Shown in pieces: positions 29,487 through 39,654 of a DNA stretch of 64,000 bases (the stretch's first letter is position 1; each line of letters begins with the position of its first letter). The position numbers and the translations under genes were made by a program. The notes beneath the pieces were generated by a model. That model was not told where the DNA came from and ran no database searches. It saw only the letters and a list, made by a program, of their open reading frames with translations. Location: contig CBDVDR010000013.1 of NCBI GenBank assembly GCA_965372795.1, positions 37,145-101,144 of the forward strand. The letters run 5' to 3'. The DNA is from an uncultured bacterium (lineage in GTDB: Bacteria > Zixibacteria > MSB-5A5 > GN15 > FEB-12).

Positions 29487-31075
29487 TAATTTTCTTCAAG
29501 TAAAATTTTCGAGGCAAATTTAATAACCGGAAGTTCGTTAACGATTACTTTTTCATAAGATTTGTTCAATCCGAATTTTCTTTCAAAAGCAATCTGTTTC
29601 AAACGGTTTTTTATATACTCAGTGTTCAAAAAAACTTCATTATTGTCAATTTGGGATGACCGGCTAATAAATTTATTTATCGACTGTTCTAATTTTTTAG
29701 TATAATCTTTATCTTTAAGAAATTCTTCCATCGTTTCTGCAATTTCTGTTCTTTCTGAAAGATATTCAAAATCATTTTCTTTGAGATACCCGGTTAATTT
29801 TTCCAGCCAGATATCATCGAAATTATCCTGTAGAGCAGCCTCAATTATTCCATCTTGATTTTTATTGGCAAAGTTGAATAGATGCAGCGAATTTTCAAGT
29901 TTCCTCAAAAATAATTGATTCATATAATTCTGAAAATAATAATCAGGCTCAATACCATCGCCAATCTCATTCAAAGTAGAATCAAATTCATTAAGATAAA
30001 TATTCTCTCCAAAAAAATAGCGCGATATGGTCAGTCGTAAACCATCACCTTCCGGATAACGCACGAATCCCTGAACCAGCCCTTTGCCAAAGGTTGTATC
30101 ACCGACTAATATTGCTCGTTCGTGATATTTTAAAGCTCCGGCGACAATCTCTGATGAAGAGGCTGAGCCTTTATCAACAATAATTGCCAAAGGCAAACCG
30201 TTGGTAAAATCGTCCGAGTTAGCATAGTATCGGGAAGTTTTCCACCGTGAGCGACCGGTAGTACCAACTATCGGAAGACCCTTTTCCAAAAACAAATCAA
30301 CTACTTTGTACGCTTCTGAGAATAATCCGCCGGGGTTTCCTCTTAGATCCAAAATAACGCCTTTGGGATTGATCTCTTTTTTGTTAAATAACAAAGAGTC
30401 CAAAGCTTCATTTACATCAGTAGAGGACCCTGAGCCAAAATCGAGTAATCTAATATAGATAAGTGAATCATTGGTTAAACCTGCATATGGAATATGCATT
30501 AACGGAATTTTTTCTCGGATAATTTTAACTGTAAAGGTATCTTCGTTAACAGTTCGGTATACTTGCAAAGAAAGTTCTGATTTTTCCGGACCGCGTAAAA
30601 GTGCCGAAGCTTCACTGCTGGTTAAATCCTTCAATTCAATAGAGTCGGCTTTTACAATAATATCCCCGCTTAGAAGACCGACTTTGTACGCCGGAGAGTT
30701 TTCTCTAACCGACATAATCAACAAACCTTTTTCTTTTTTTATAATACTTACCCCGATACCCTGATATGCACCGGATAACTCTTCATCCATCTGTTCAAAA
30801 TAAGTCTGACTGGTATAGGCAGAATAACGGTCAAGGTCGCTCATAATCGCATCACGGGCAGATTTAATAATCTGGTTTTGATCAACACCCTCAGGATAAA
30901 GATCGCTAACAATAAGAGCTACTCTGGTTAAAAGAAAAGAATCCTTTATACCCGGATCTGAGAGAACATAAATTCCCATCCCCCCCGAAATTATAATTGT
31001 AAACATTATTAAGATAAGTGACAGAAGGAGGGATTTTCGATTAAATAACATGGTCGGGCTATTCATTAATTCCAA
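29486..31075 (-). CDS. S41 C-terminal processing peptidase (CtpA-like, PDZ)
   Basis: GIG PDZ loop, LDLRGNPGG, SASSSEI, TFGKG. Confidence 0.92.
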   Translation of the reverse strand: MELMNSPTMLFNRKSLLLSLILIMFTIIISGGMGIYVLSDPGIKDSFLLTRVALIVSDLYPEGVDQNQIIKSARDAIMSDLDRYSAYTSQTYFEQMDEELSGAYQGIGVSIIKKEKGLLIMSVRENSPAYKVGLLSGDIIVKADSIELKDLTSSEASALLRGPEKSELSLQVYRTVNEDTFTVKIIREKIPLMHIPYAGLTNDSLIYIRLLDFGSGSSTDVNEALDSLLFNKKEINPKGVILDLRGNPGGLFSEAYKVVDLFLEKGLPIVGTTGRSRWKTSRYYANSDDFTNGLPLAIIVDKGSASSSEIVAGALKYHERAILVGDTTFGKGLVQGFVRYPEGDGLRLTISRYFFGENIYLNEFDSTLNEIGDGIEPDYYFQNYMNQLFLRKLENSLHLFNFANKNQDGIIEAALQDNFDDIWLEKLTGYLKENDFEYLSERTEIAETMEEFLKDKDYTKKLEQSINKFISRSSQIDNNEVFLNTEYIKNRLKQIAFERKFGLNKSYEKVIVNELPVIKFASKILLEEN

Positions 31076-31700
31076 GTTTTTTGTTAATTATCTTTTTAAC
31101 ATTAGCAAAGGCATCCTCAATTGACGCAGAAGAATCAATCACTTTGACTCGTCTTCGTTCTTTGCGGGCTATTTCCAAAAATCCTCGTCGGACCCGATTA
31201 AAAAACTGTTTCGATTGCAATTCCAATCGATCCTTGTTCTTTTTCCCCCGCAAAGATGCTACACTTAGATCAACGTCAAAGAGTAGGGTAAGGTTTGGTG
31301 AAATATTATTTGTCGCTATTTTATGTAAAGATCGTACCATTTTTATATCAAGTTTCCTGCCATATCCCTGATAGGCGGTAGTACTGTCATAAAATCTGTC
31401 ACAGAGGACAATATAACCCTTTGCTAAAAGAGGTGCAATTTCCGATCCGGTAATTTCCGCCCGGGCAGCCTCATAAAGCAATAGTTCGGTAGTATCATTA
31501 ATAGAATTTTTCTTATCCAGAAGCACATCTCTGATTTTCTCAGCAACTTTGGTAGACCCCGGTTCTCTTAACAATTTGACTTTATAACCGCAACTTGAAA
31601 GGTACTCATAGGTTAAAATTGCCTGGGTTGTTTTGCCGCAACCGTCAATACCTTCAAATGTTATAAAATAAGGATGATGTTTAATTTTGCTCTTTTTCAT
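31059..31700 (-). CDS. tmk: Thymidylate kinase
   Basis: FEGIDGCGKTTQ, REPG, CDRFYDSTTAYQGYGR. Confidence 0.95.
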   Translation of the reverse strand: MKKSKIKHHPYFITFEGIDGCGKTTQAILTYEYLSSCGYKVKLLREPGSTKVAEKIRDVLLDKKNSINDTTELLLYEAARAEITGSEIAPLLAKGYIVLCDRFYDSTTAYQGYGRKLDIKMVRSLHKIATNNISPNLTLLFDVDLSVASLRGKKNKDRLELQSKQFFNRVRRGFLEIARKERRRVKVIDSSASIEDAFANVKKIINKKLGINE

Positions 31701-31758
31701 AGTAAAAACAAAGTCTCAAGAAGGCGCCAATTAATCAAATAAAAACAAATTTTCAGAC

Positions 31759-31789
31759 AAAAAAAACCGGCAGTCGGTAAACTGCCGGT
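31759..31789 (-). terminator. Intrinsic terminator after ino1
   Basis: ACCGGCAGT/ACTGCCGGT stem followed by T-run on the minus strand. Confidence 0.8.
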
Positions 31790-31810
31790 CTATATGAATA
31801 ACTAATTAAG

Positions 31811-33010
31811 TTATCTTTTCTTTTTGACAACCCGTTTTTTGGTCACGGCTTTAGCTTTTTTCTTAGCAGGTTTAGCTGCGGCTTTTTTCTTTGCCGGAGC
31901 TTTTTTGGAGGCTGTTTTTTTAGCCTTTGATGTTTTCCAGCCATATTTAGTGATGAATTCTTCGGTCATCCGACGTGCTTCTTCATCAGTAAACTGAATC
32001 GGCGGAGATTTTTTGAAATAAGCCGATGGCTCAATCATGGCACCGGAAAGACCATTATCGAGGGCTAACTTACAGCAGCGAACTGCATCAATAACAACCC
32101 CGGCAGAGTTCGGGCTGTCCCAAACTTCCATTTTCATTTCAATATTTAAAGGAACATCACCAAAAGTACGACCTTCCATACGGATATATGCCCATTTACG
32201 GTCGGTAAGCCATTCAACATAATCGGATGGTCCGATATGAACATTACCAGCCCCTATATCATAATCGAGCTGGGATGTGACCGCGTTAGTTTTAGAAATT
32301 TTCTTCGACTCAAGACGCGAACGTTCAAGCATGTTCAAGAAATCAGTATTACCACCAACATTAAGCTGACTGGTGCGTTCCAGTTTGACGCCGCGGTCAA
32401 TGAACAGACGGGTAAATACCCGGTGAGCGATAGTTGCGCCAACCTGGGATTTAATATCATCACCGATAACCGGCAAACCGCGCTCTTCAAATCTTTTCTG
32501 CCAATATGGTTCGCGGGCAATAAAGACCGGAATACAGTTCACAAAGGCACAGCCGGCTTCAAGAATCTGCTCAACATACCATTTGGTTGCTTCTTCAGAA
32601 CCAACCGGAAGATAACTTACAACAACATCGGTTTTTGTATCTTTAAGTAATTTCACGATGTCAACCGTATCGCCGGGAGCTTTTTCAATAATCTCTGAAA
32701 GGTACTTACCTAAACCGTCGTGGGTCATACCACGTTGAACTTTGATACCTGTTTTTGGAACTTTGGAAAATTTAATTGTGTTGTTCGGTTTAGTAAATAC
32801 AGCTTCAGACAAATCTTTTCCAACTTTGTTTTTATCAATATCAATCGCGGCCGAAAATTCTATGTCGCGGATATGATAACCGCCAAGATTAACATGCATC
32901 AATCCAGGAACAAAATCGTCATCCTTGGCTTTCTTGTAGTATTCGACACCCTGTACAAATGATGATGCACAGTTGCCGACTCCAATAATAGCTACTCTAA
33001 CTTTTCCCAT
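31811..33010 (-). CDS. ino1: myo-Inositol-1-phosphate synthase with Lys/Ala-rich tail
   Basis: [40 protein letters not shown]. Confidence 0.95.
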   Translation of the reverse strand: MGKVRVAIIGVGNCASSFVQGVEYYKKAKDDDFVPGLMHVNLGGYHIRDIEFSAAIDIDKNKVGKDLSEAVFTKPNNTIKFSKVPKTGIKVQRGMTHDGLGKYLSEIIEKAPGDTVDIVKLLKDTKTDVVVSYLPVGSEEATKWYVEQILEAGCAFVNCIPVFIAREPYWQKRFEERGLPVIGDDIKSQVGATIAHRVFTRLFIDRGVKLERTSQLNVGGNTDFLNMLERSRLESKKISKTNAVTSQLDYDIGAGNVHIGPSDYVEWLTDRKWAYIRMEGRTFGDVPLNIEMKMEVWDSPNSAGVVIDAVRCCKLALDNGLSGAMIEPSAYFKKSPPIQFTDEEARRMTEEFITKYGWKTSKAKKTASKKAPAKKKAAAKPAKKKAKAVTKKRVVKKKR

Positions 33011-33085
33011 TTAAAAATCCTTAAATGTAAATGATTGTTTTCGTATTCATAATTTATATTAGAAATAAACAGCTTTGAAAATACC

Positions 33086-33156
33086 TGTCAATAATTTATT
33101 GACATTTTCAAGTATTTTATATAGCTTTCGTATACATACTATGACCATTTAGTCAT
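33086..33156. promoter_or_regulatory. Back-to-back sigma70 -35 boxes and TetR-type operator
   Basis: TGTCAATAATTTATTGACA (two opposed TTGACA). TTGACA-17-TAGCTT toward the TetR gene. Palindrome ATGAC-cattta-GTCAT at 33141-33156. Confidence 0.6.
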
Positions 33157-33167
33157 TTTGAGAAATT

Positions 33168-33812
33168 ATGATTGATGAAAATATTATTGTAGAATTAGTC
33201 CGCCGGGGGGTTGTGACCGACACTTTCAGGCGTTTAAAGGCTGATAAAAAAGAACGGCTTTATAACACTGCCTTAAGGCAGTTTGGGAAATTCGGTTATG
33301 ATGGTTTAGCTCTGGATTTATACTGCAAAGATGCCAGTATATCCAAGGGTTCGTTTTTCCAGTACTTCCCTTCCAAAACCCATCTTCTTGAATTTGCCAT
33401 TTTGCTTTACGACAACGATCTTGGCAGGGTAATTGATAACTTCAAAAAAAATGAACGGTCGGCTCTGGTGAAAAACCGCCTGTTATATCTTTTCCGTTTC
33501 TTATCAGAACACTTTGAACGCAATCCCATTGAACATCGGTTTTATCTTTTTGTGACCAATGCGATGGATCATGCCGGGGTTGTACTTGAGGGGATCGATC
33601 TGAGAAGACATTTGCAATCATATATAGATTCTATTATTGAACGCGGAGTTGAAACCAATGAATTGCGGGGAGATTTTAGATTCGAACTAACATCATTTAT
33701 GATACTTCAGTTTTACTCAAACATAATTCAAAATATAAAAACTACTGATGTTACTATTGAAGAAATCGAAAGTTACTTAGTGACCTTTTTATTCGATGGA
33801 ATAAAGGCGTGA
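33168..33812 (+). CDS. TetR/AcrR family regulator
   Basis: N-terminal HTH with ISKGSFFQYFPSK. Confidence 0.88.
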   Translation: MIDENIIVELVRRGVVTDTFRRLKADKKERLYNTALRQFGKFGYDGLALDLYCKDASISKGSFFQYFPSKTHLLEFAILLYDNDLGRVIDNFKKNERSALVKNRLLYLFRFLSEHFERNPIEHRFYLFVTNAMDHAGVVLEGIDLRRHLQSYIDSIIERGVETNELRGDFRFELTSFMILQFYSNIIQNIKTTDVTIEEIESYLVTFLFDGIKA

Positions 33813-33897
33813 CACACTTCGTGTGTTTGATTTGTTCGTTGCTCAACTCTCTCAATTATTTCGAGATCAAAGATAAGAAAAGTCACACGAAGTGTGT
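33812..33897. repeat. Inverted pair of CACAC-TTC-GTGTG mini-hairpins
   Basis: ACACACTTCGTGTG (33812) and CACACGAAGTGTGT (33884) between convergent genes. Confidence 0.7.
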
Positions 33898-33900
33898 GGG

Positions 33901-34239
33901 CTAATATACTCGTGTTCCAAGTTTCGCATCTTTGTCAGGTCGCACGATTGTAATCGTGCCATCTTCTTTGGTAACGCCAAGCACTAACACTTCAGACATA
34001 TACCCGGCAATATTTTTTGGCTCAAAATTCACCACCGCCACACACTGACTGTTGAGCAGCTCTTCAATTGAGTAAGATTCTTTGTAGCGGGCAGAGGTCT
34101 GCTTGATACCGATCTCTTCCCCGAAGTCGATTTTCATTTTGTAGGTCGGGATCTTCGCCCGCTCGAAATCGGTGACTTCGATTATTTTCCCTACTCTGAT
34201 ATCAACTTTTTCAAAATCATCAAATGTTATCATATCCAT
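33901..34239 (-). CDS. tRNA-binding / CsaA chaperone protein
   Basis: FEKVDIRVGKI, VVNFEPKNIAGYMSEVLVLG. Confidence 0.88.
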   Translation of the reverse strand: MDMITFDDFEKVDIRVGKIIEVTDFERAKIPTYKMKIDFGEEIGIKQTSARYKESYSIEELLNSQCVAVVNFEPKNIAGYMSEVLVLGVTKEDGTITIVRPDKDAKLGTRVY

Positions 34240-34258
34240 ACTCTAATATATGAAATAA

Positions 34259-34780
34259 TCACAAGTTTTTAAAAAGAATAATATTTGCATAAGCACCTAA
34301 TGCACCAGAAGAAATGTCACCTTTATCACGAATAGGCAAATAAATCGCGTTAATAGAAATACGTCTATAGAAAATCGAAAAAACGGGTGTCATAATAGGA
34401 ATTTTTCCATTTACACTTTTACTGCTATATACTGCTAACTGAGCACCAATTTTAACTATTGGTAGAATTTTATATTTTATTCCTGCTGATAAATATCTTG
34501 ATTGATGTTTAAAAGAATCTTTAAATGTACCAAACTCAACAAACAGTTCTTTTTTTGAGTCTGTATAATAATTTACAATCATACCGCCGCCATAATTATT
34601 TTCATTATACGGATTTCCAAGATAATTATTTCTTTCAAAATGATAAGACAATCCATAGACAGAAACACCGAATTCTGCGGAAAAACAATTCCCAACTAAC
34701 ATTATAGATAAAATGATTAGCATGATACTCATTAACATTTTATTTACAAGTTTGCTATTTATTCGCTTAATATTATTCAT
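34259..34780 (-). CDS. Small outer-membrane beta-barrel, PagP-like
   Basis: Signal peptide, SYHF...YNENNYGGG...FKDSF resembling PagP His/Asp-Ser motifs. Confidence 0.5.
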   Translation of the reverse strand: MNNIKRINSKLVNKMLMSIMLIILSIMLVGNCFSAEFGVSVYGLSYHFERNNYLGNPYNENNYGGGMIVNYYTDSKKELFVEFGTFKDSFKHQSRYLSAGIKYKILPIVKIGAQLAVYSSKSVNGKIPIMTPVFSIFYRRISINAIYLPIRDKGDISSGALGAYANIILFKNL

Positions 34781-34832
34781 AAAATCTAACCAACTTTTTT
34801 GTTTTCATAAAAAATCAAACTAATCTTTAGTT

Positions 34833-36480
34833 TTAATAAATGTAATGACTGATTGAAAATGAAGCATAAATAAATTCATCTTGCCAAAAACTATCTACTG
34901 TAAATTTCTGACTAATTATTTTTATCCCTCCCTTAATATTTAATGTAGTTGGAATTGAAATCCGATAAATAATCTTTCCCTCTGTTGTAAATTCTAAATC
35001 CTCACCAATTAAAGTTGTATTTATAATTTGACCATAATTCTCAGTTTCAGAATACAAGTCATAATTTCTTTCATATCGAGTAAAAGCAATATCGCTAATC
35101 AATGAAATAGATGTTTTTGAATCATAAAAATATTCAACTGATAGCTTAGATTTTAAATCATATTCCAAAGTATATTTTGAGTATTGTTTTCTAATAGGAA
35201 GTATATTTATTTCAGGTAAATAAACACGTTCATAACGTTTTTCTTTTTTATATTGATCAAGAAGTATTGTAGCTTCAAACGCATACGACAACTGCCAGTT
35301 AAAGTTCAGTGGTTTTGAATACTCAAAAACTCCTGACAAATAATTCTCATAGGTTACTTTTTTTAAATAAATATTATTATGAGATAAACGATCAATTTCT
35401 AAATACATAGAATCTGGATTTTGGGGATCTGTATAATTAGATTCTCTATTATATTTACGAGTTTCATCTTCACTTCTATCATAATATAGAACCCCTGTTA
35501 ATAACTTTATATTAAACCCGAATTCTCTTTTTTCCTGGGGGAAATAATCCCATATATCCTGTAGCAGAACTGTTCCAACTACATTCAAATCATCGCATAC
35601 GCCTAAATTCATTAAGTAGCTTGTCACTTCTTGCATTGCTTTTATCCGCCGTATCCTATGATCTATAAAATGCTTTTGTTTTAAATTATATATTTTAAAA
35701 GTAAGTTCATAAAGTTCATTATAAGTAAGTTTTCTTTTAATTAGATCAAATCGTTGTAGTTCTCTTATGAATGATTCTGCAATATAAGCAAATCTACCAT
35801 CGTAGATTCTTCCAATGCCTACTCCAAATTCAGATGTGATTGAATGATTGGTAATGTTTTTTAATATATCATCTTGCTGATATTGTTTATGCAATATCAA
35901 ACCTCTATAATTTATACCGCTTCCATAGTCCGAATAGATGGATGTAATTCTTGTATTTTTTTCATTATAATAAGAGTATTTCAAATCTGCATGAGCAAAT
36001 ATGTCTTTATAAAAATAGTAGCCTGTTTGAATTTGAGATCCTAACGAAAATTCATATTCATTTTTTTTGATGTCAAATGTTGAAATATCAGTATGATTTT
36101 CATCAATTTTTTTTAGTATTAACAGTATTATCACTTATTTTTTTGATTGATTGAAACACACCAAATTTAATTATATAATATCTTGATAAATTTTCATTTA
36201 TATATTCTAAATTGTTGGAGACTTCAAATTTTCTATATTTGCGATTATCATCTTTTTCTCTAACAATACCATCATCTTCTGAATATCCCGGATCGTAATG
36301 ACGGTCATAACCACCACCACCGTCAATCTGCCACCTGAAATCTATAAACCTCTCAGGGATAAACGAAGTCAGATCAAATTTCTTCTCCTCAGCACCAACA
36401 GAAGCACAAATAAATATTGTTAATAATAGAAAAATATTCTTTATAAGATGAAACTTCCTAAAGTTGTGAAATCTATCCAT
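34833..36480 (-). pseudogene. Outer-membrane beta-barrel protein split by a frameshift at an A8 tract
   Basis: 36103-36480 has a signal peptide and 34833-36134 ends FSISHYIY. Removing one A at 36107-36114 joins them (TKKIDENH). Confidence 0.7.
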
Positions 36481-36564
36481 ACCCCGCCCTTAGCTAAAAA
36501 CTGTGATGTGTTAAGGGCTAATATAAACTATAATAGATAGTTGTCAATAGATTCCACGATAAGG

Positions 36565-37119
36565 CTACAACTCAAATTTCCCGTGTGAAATTATTTCTGA
36601 AATCTCTTTACGCGTCCGCACCGCCTCATCCTTAGCCCGCGTGCGATCATCAAGCATATCCAGCGTTCCTTCATACCCGACTGCGGTCACACACATAACA
36701 TGATACTCATCCGGAATACCAAGCGCCTCTTTAACTTTGTTGGCATCATACCCCGCCATCGAATGAGTCATCATCCCCTCGTTCATCGCCCCCAGCATCA
36801 AACTAAAATTTGCCATCCCTGAATCAAACTGATAATATTTTACCGGATCATCCTCGCGAATATAATCATCCCCTTCTTTGGCGACCAACGCCACCAACAG
36901 CGGAGCCTTGTACGCCCATTCGTTACCGCGTGCTAAAGCTTCATTAAATTTTCCACGGGTTGGTTCATTCTGCACAAACACAAACCGCCAGGGTTGCTTA
37001 TTAGCGCATGATGGTGTCCATTGAATTATTTCTTTGATACGGTCAAGAACATCGGCTGGAATAGGTTTGTCGAGATACGACCGCAGACTGTGACGTTTGA
37101 AAAATATATTATCCTGCAT
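36565..37119 (-). CDS. Nitroreductase family protein
   Basis: RHSLRSY, TPSCANKQPWRF. Confidence 0.9.
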   Translation of the reverse strand: MQDNIFFKRHSLRSYLDKPIPADVLDRIKEIIQWTPSCANKQPWRFVFVQNEPTRGKFNEALARGNEWAYKAPLLVALVAKEGDDYIREDDPVKYYQFDSGMANFSLMLGAMNEGMMTHSMAGYDANKVKEALGIPDEYHVMCVTAVGYEGTLDMLDDRTRAKDEAVRTRKEISEIISHGKFEL

Positions 37120-37167
37120 GGGATTCTCTCCAATCTAAGGTAAACTTAAATAGTATAAAATACAGGC

Positions 37168-38106
37168 CTAGCCTGTGTTGACGGCTACTTTTACCTTATA
37201 ATCGGTTTTTGCAAGTAAATGTTCCTGACGATTTCGAATCATCGCTTCGGTCATCTCAAAATCAGGACCAACATTTTCAATCATGATCGATGAGGTACAC
37301 GAGGCAAAACAGCCCGCTCTTCTCAGGTCACCGGTTTTTAGATATTCAAAAGTAAAACCAGCCATATAGGTATCGCCGCATCCGGTCGCATCAACTGCTT
37401 TTTCAGTCTCAAACGGCGGAATATCAATAAAATCATTACCATCATAAATAACCGAACCAAGTTCAGCCAGTGTCACGATTACGATTTTCATACCCCACTT
37501 ATGAATAATCCGCGCCGCCTCGTATGGATCTACCCGGCAATCTATCCCCGTCATGACTTTACCTTCGAGTTCATTCGGCTTGACCACATCAAAGACGCTA
37601 AGCGTATCTTTTAAAGAATCAACCATATCGTGCGAGATGCGGTTATTTTCATCAGCATTACGAATCAAACCCTGAGGATCACAAAAATAAAATCCATCAT
37701 AATTTTTACGTATTGTTTTAATCTGCTCAAAAGAAACTTCCCCCAATATCGGTCCAATCAGTACCGCTTTGGAATCGTTATAAATTGACGGATCAAGGTC
37801 AGTGATATCATTGGCACGCCCCAATAGATCGAGCGTCCTATTGCCGTAATCATCATAATAGACCAATGAAAAACCACCGGTCTCTTTTGAATCGGTGATG
37901 TGATGCCCGATATTAAATTTTTCCAAATCGACAATGAATTTACTTTTGAAATCATCACCAACTGCCCCGACCAGTTTGACATCTTCTTTTAATTTGGCAA
38001 GTACCAAAGCGGCGTTGGTGGAGCATCCCGAAAGAATCCTTCCTTCGGTTTCTACTTTTTGTGTTTTTATATAATCATAAACCGGATTGCCGATTGCAGT
38101 AATCAA
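37168..38106 (-). CDS. PfkB family carbohydrate kinase
   Basis: KPNELE, DATGCGDTY. Confidence 0.9.
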   Translation of the reverse strand: MITAIGNPVYDYIKTQKVETEGRILSGCSTNAALVLAKLKEDVKLVGAVGDDFKSKFIVDLEKFNIGHHITDSKETGGFSLVYYDDYGNRTLDLLGRANDITDLDPSIYNDSKAVLIGPILGEVSFEQIKTIRKNYDGFYFCDPQGLIRNADENNRISHDMVDSLKDTLSVFDVVKPNELEGKVMTGIDCRVDPYEAARIIHKWGMKIVIVTLAELGSVIYDGNDFIDIPPFETEKAVDATGCGDTYMAGFTFEYLKTGDLRRAGCFASCTSSIMIENVGPDFEMTEAMIRNRQEHLLAKTDYKVKVAVNTG

Positions 38107-38122
38107 TTTTAGCCTCGATGTT

Positions 38123-38743
38123 TTATTGTTCTGTTCGTTTGTATTGGATACTGTTATATACGCCCGCAGGTACGGTTACGGAAACATTAGTAGCTTCCAC
38201 ATAAGTTTCAAAACTGTTATAATTAGTATAACTATCACCTTCGTTAACCGGATATTTTGCCGACAAATATGCTTCACCCACCGAATCAATCACCGACCCG
38301 GTAGCAAATACATTTCTCGCCCAGTAACCATCATCAGCATTAACGGCAAGCTGCAACGGTCCGTCTTCATCCATCAGGATAAACCAGAGTTGGTCATTAA
38401 TAGTTGTATCGCGGTCTACCCACGAAGAGTCAACGTCCGTATATATTGCTGTTCCGCCTGAATCAAAAACTTTGATATCATAAGTCCAGCGATTGCCGAT
38501 TGCCAAAGGAATAATCTCATCATTAGCAACAATATTTATCGCCAGAGATGCTTCGGTTAATTCATAAAGAAGATTCCGGTAGTAGGTGTCATCTTCTGCA
38601 AAAGTATAAAACTCAAGCTTCACTGTTCCGGTTCCTACCGAACGATAATATATTGTCGCTTCAACATTCTCCGGCGCCACCGGATTGTCAGAACAACCAA
38701 ATAAAATCCCAATAGACATCAATAATAAAATAATTTTTTTCAA
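38123..38743 (-). CDS. Lipoprotein (start revised to TTG at 38743)
   Basis: MKKIILLLMSIGILFGC lipobox after GAGAG RBS. PLAIGNRWTY and VTVPAG motifs. Upstream ORF extension is only a tandem repeat. Confidence 0.7.
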   Translation of the reverse strand: MKKIILLLMSIGILFGCSDNPVAPENVEATIYYRSVGTGTVKLEFYTFAEDDTYYRNLLYELTEASLAINIVANDEIIPLAIGNRWTYDIKVFDSGGTAIYTDVDSSWVDRDTTINDQLWFILMDEDGPLQLAVNADDGYWARNVFATGSVIDSVGEAYLSAKYPVNEGDSYTNYNSFETYVEATNVSVTVPAGVYNSIQYKRTEQ

Positions 38744-38765
38744 ACTAATACTCTCTTTCAATAAA

Positions 38766-38873
38766 ATCAAATAGGCGATGCCTATTAAACAAGCTACGCC
38801 TATCAAACAGGCTACGCCTATCACACAGGCTGTGCCTATCAAACAGGCTGTGCCTATCAAACAGGCTGTGCCT
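38766..38873. repeat. Tandem repeat, 6 x 18 bp
   Basis: Consensus ATCAAACAGGCTRYGCCT, more degenerate toward the left end. Confidence 0.92.
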
Positions 38874-38874
38874 G

Positions 38875-39498
38875 TTAGACTTCTTTTTTGTTACCCAGAA
38901 CTTTGCGGGTATAAACAAGACGTTGAATAGCGGTAATTGTTGAGGTCAGCCCGACAATTATTAAGGCAAATTCGAGCCAGCCGGCTTTAGGCCAGCTTCC
39001 GATTGGTGAAAAATGTTCCATTATTGAGCCGAAGATTATCAAAAGAAACTTTTCTGTCCGCCCCATAATTCCGACAGCACAATTTTCGAGTTTACCGATA
39101 GACTCAGCAACGGCTCTGGTATAACTGGCAATCAACATTCCAAACAGAGCAAACAGACCCCATCCGGGATGAACGGCACCTGATAAAGTTATTCCAGCAA
39201 GAATGAAAAATTCGCCGTACCGATCCATGACATGATCTAAAATTCCGCCAAAAACAGTTCCAAGATTTCCTGCCCGCGCCGTTGAACCATCAAGCATATC
39301 ACCAAATGAGGCTAAAATCATAAAAGTAACGCCCCAAAGCATTTCATTGCGCCAGAAGAAAAGCCCTGAAACTATTGCAAATACAACAGAAAGTCCCGTA
39401 AGAAAATTTGGCGTTAAACCAAGTTTTAGACAGGCTCTGCCTAAAAATAATGATGACTCTTCATAAATTTGACGTTTACGCTGATTTATTCCAGGCAA
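38875..39498 (-). CDS. CDP-alcohol phosphatidyltransferase (PIP/AIP synthase-like)
   Basis: TPNFLT, DMLDGSTAR...FGGILDHVMDR, SYTRAVAE, GIMGRTE. Confidence 0.85.
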   Translation of the reverse strand: MPGINQRKRQIYEESSLFLGRACLKLGLTPNFLTGLSVVFAIVSGLFFWRNEMLWGVTFMILASFGDMLDGSTARAGNLGTVFGGILDHVMDRYGEFFILAGITLSGAVHPGWGLFALFGMLIASYTRAVAESIGKLENCAVGIMGRTEKFLLIIFGSIMEHFSPIGSWPKAGWLEFALIIVGLTSTITAIQRLVYTRKVLGNKKEV

Positions 39499-39654
39499 AT
39501 TATAGTATTCCTTCCTTATATTGACAAAAATATATGCTGTTTTTGGATGAGGGTCAACGTTGACTTTTAAAAATAACGTTATTTATAATCCCCTATTTTA
39601 TTAGAGTGCAATATGTTAATTGACAATTAAGCGATTTGGGAGAATATTACCGAC

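Noticed and set aside
38744..38860. IGTACL-repeat N-terminal extension of the 245-aa ORF
   Set aside because: It is a translation of the DNA repeat. A proper RBS, TTG start and lipoprotein signal begin at 38743.
38766..38873. CRISPR array
   Set aside because: Head-to-tail 18-bp units with no unique spacers, and no cas genes in the window.
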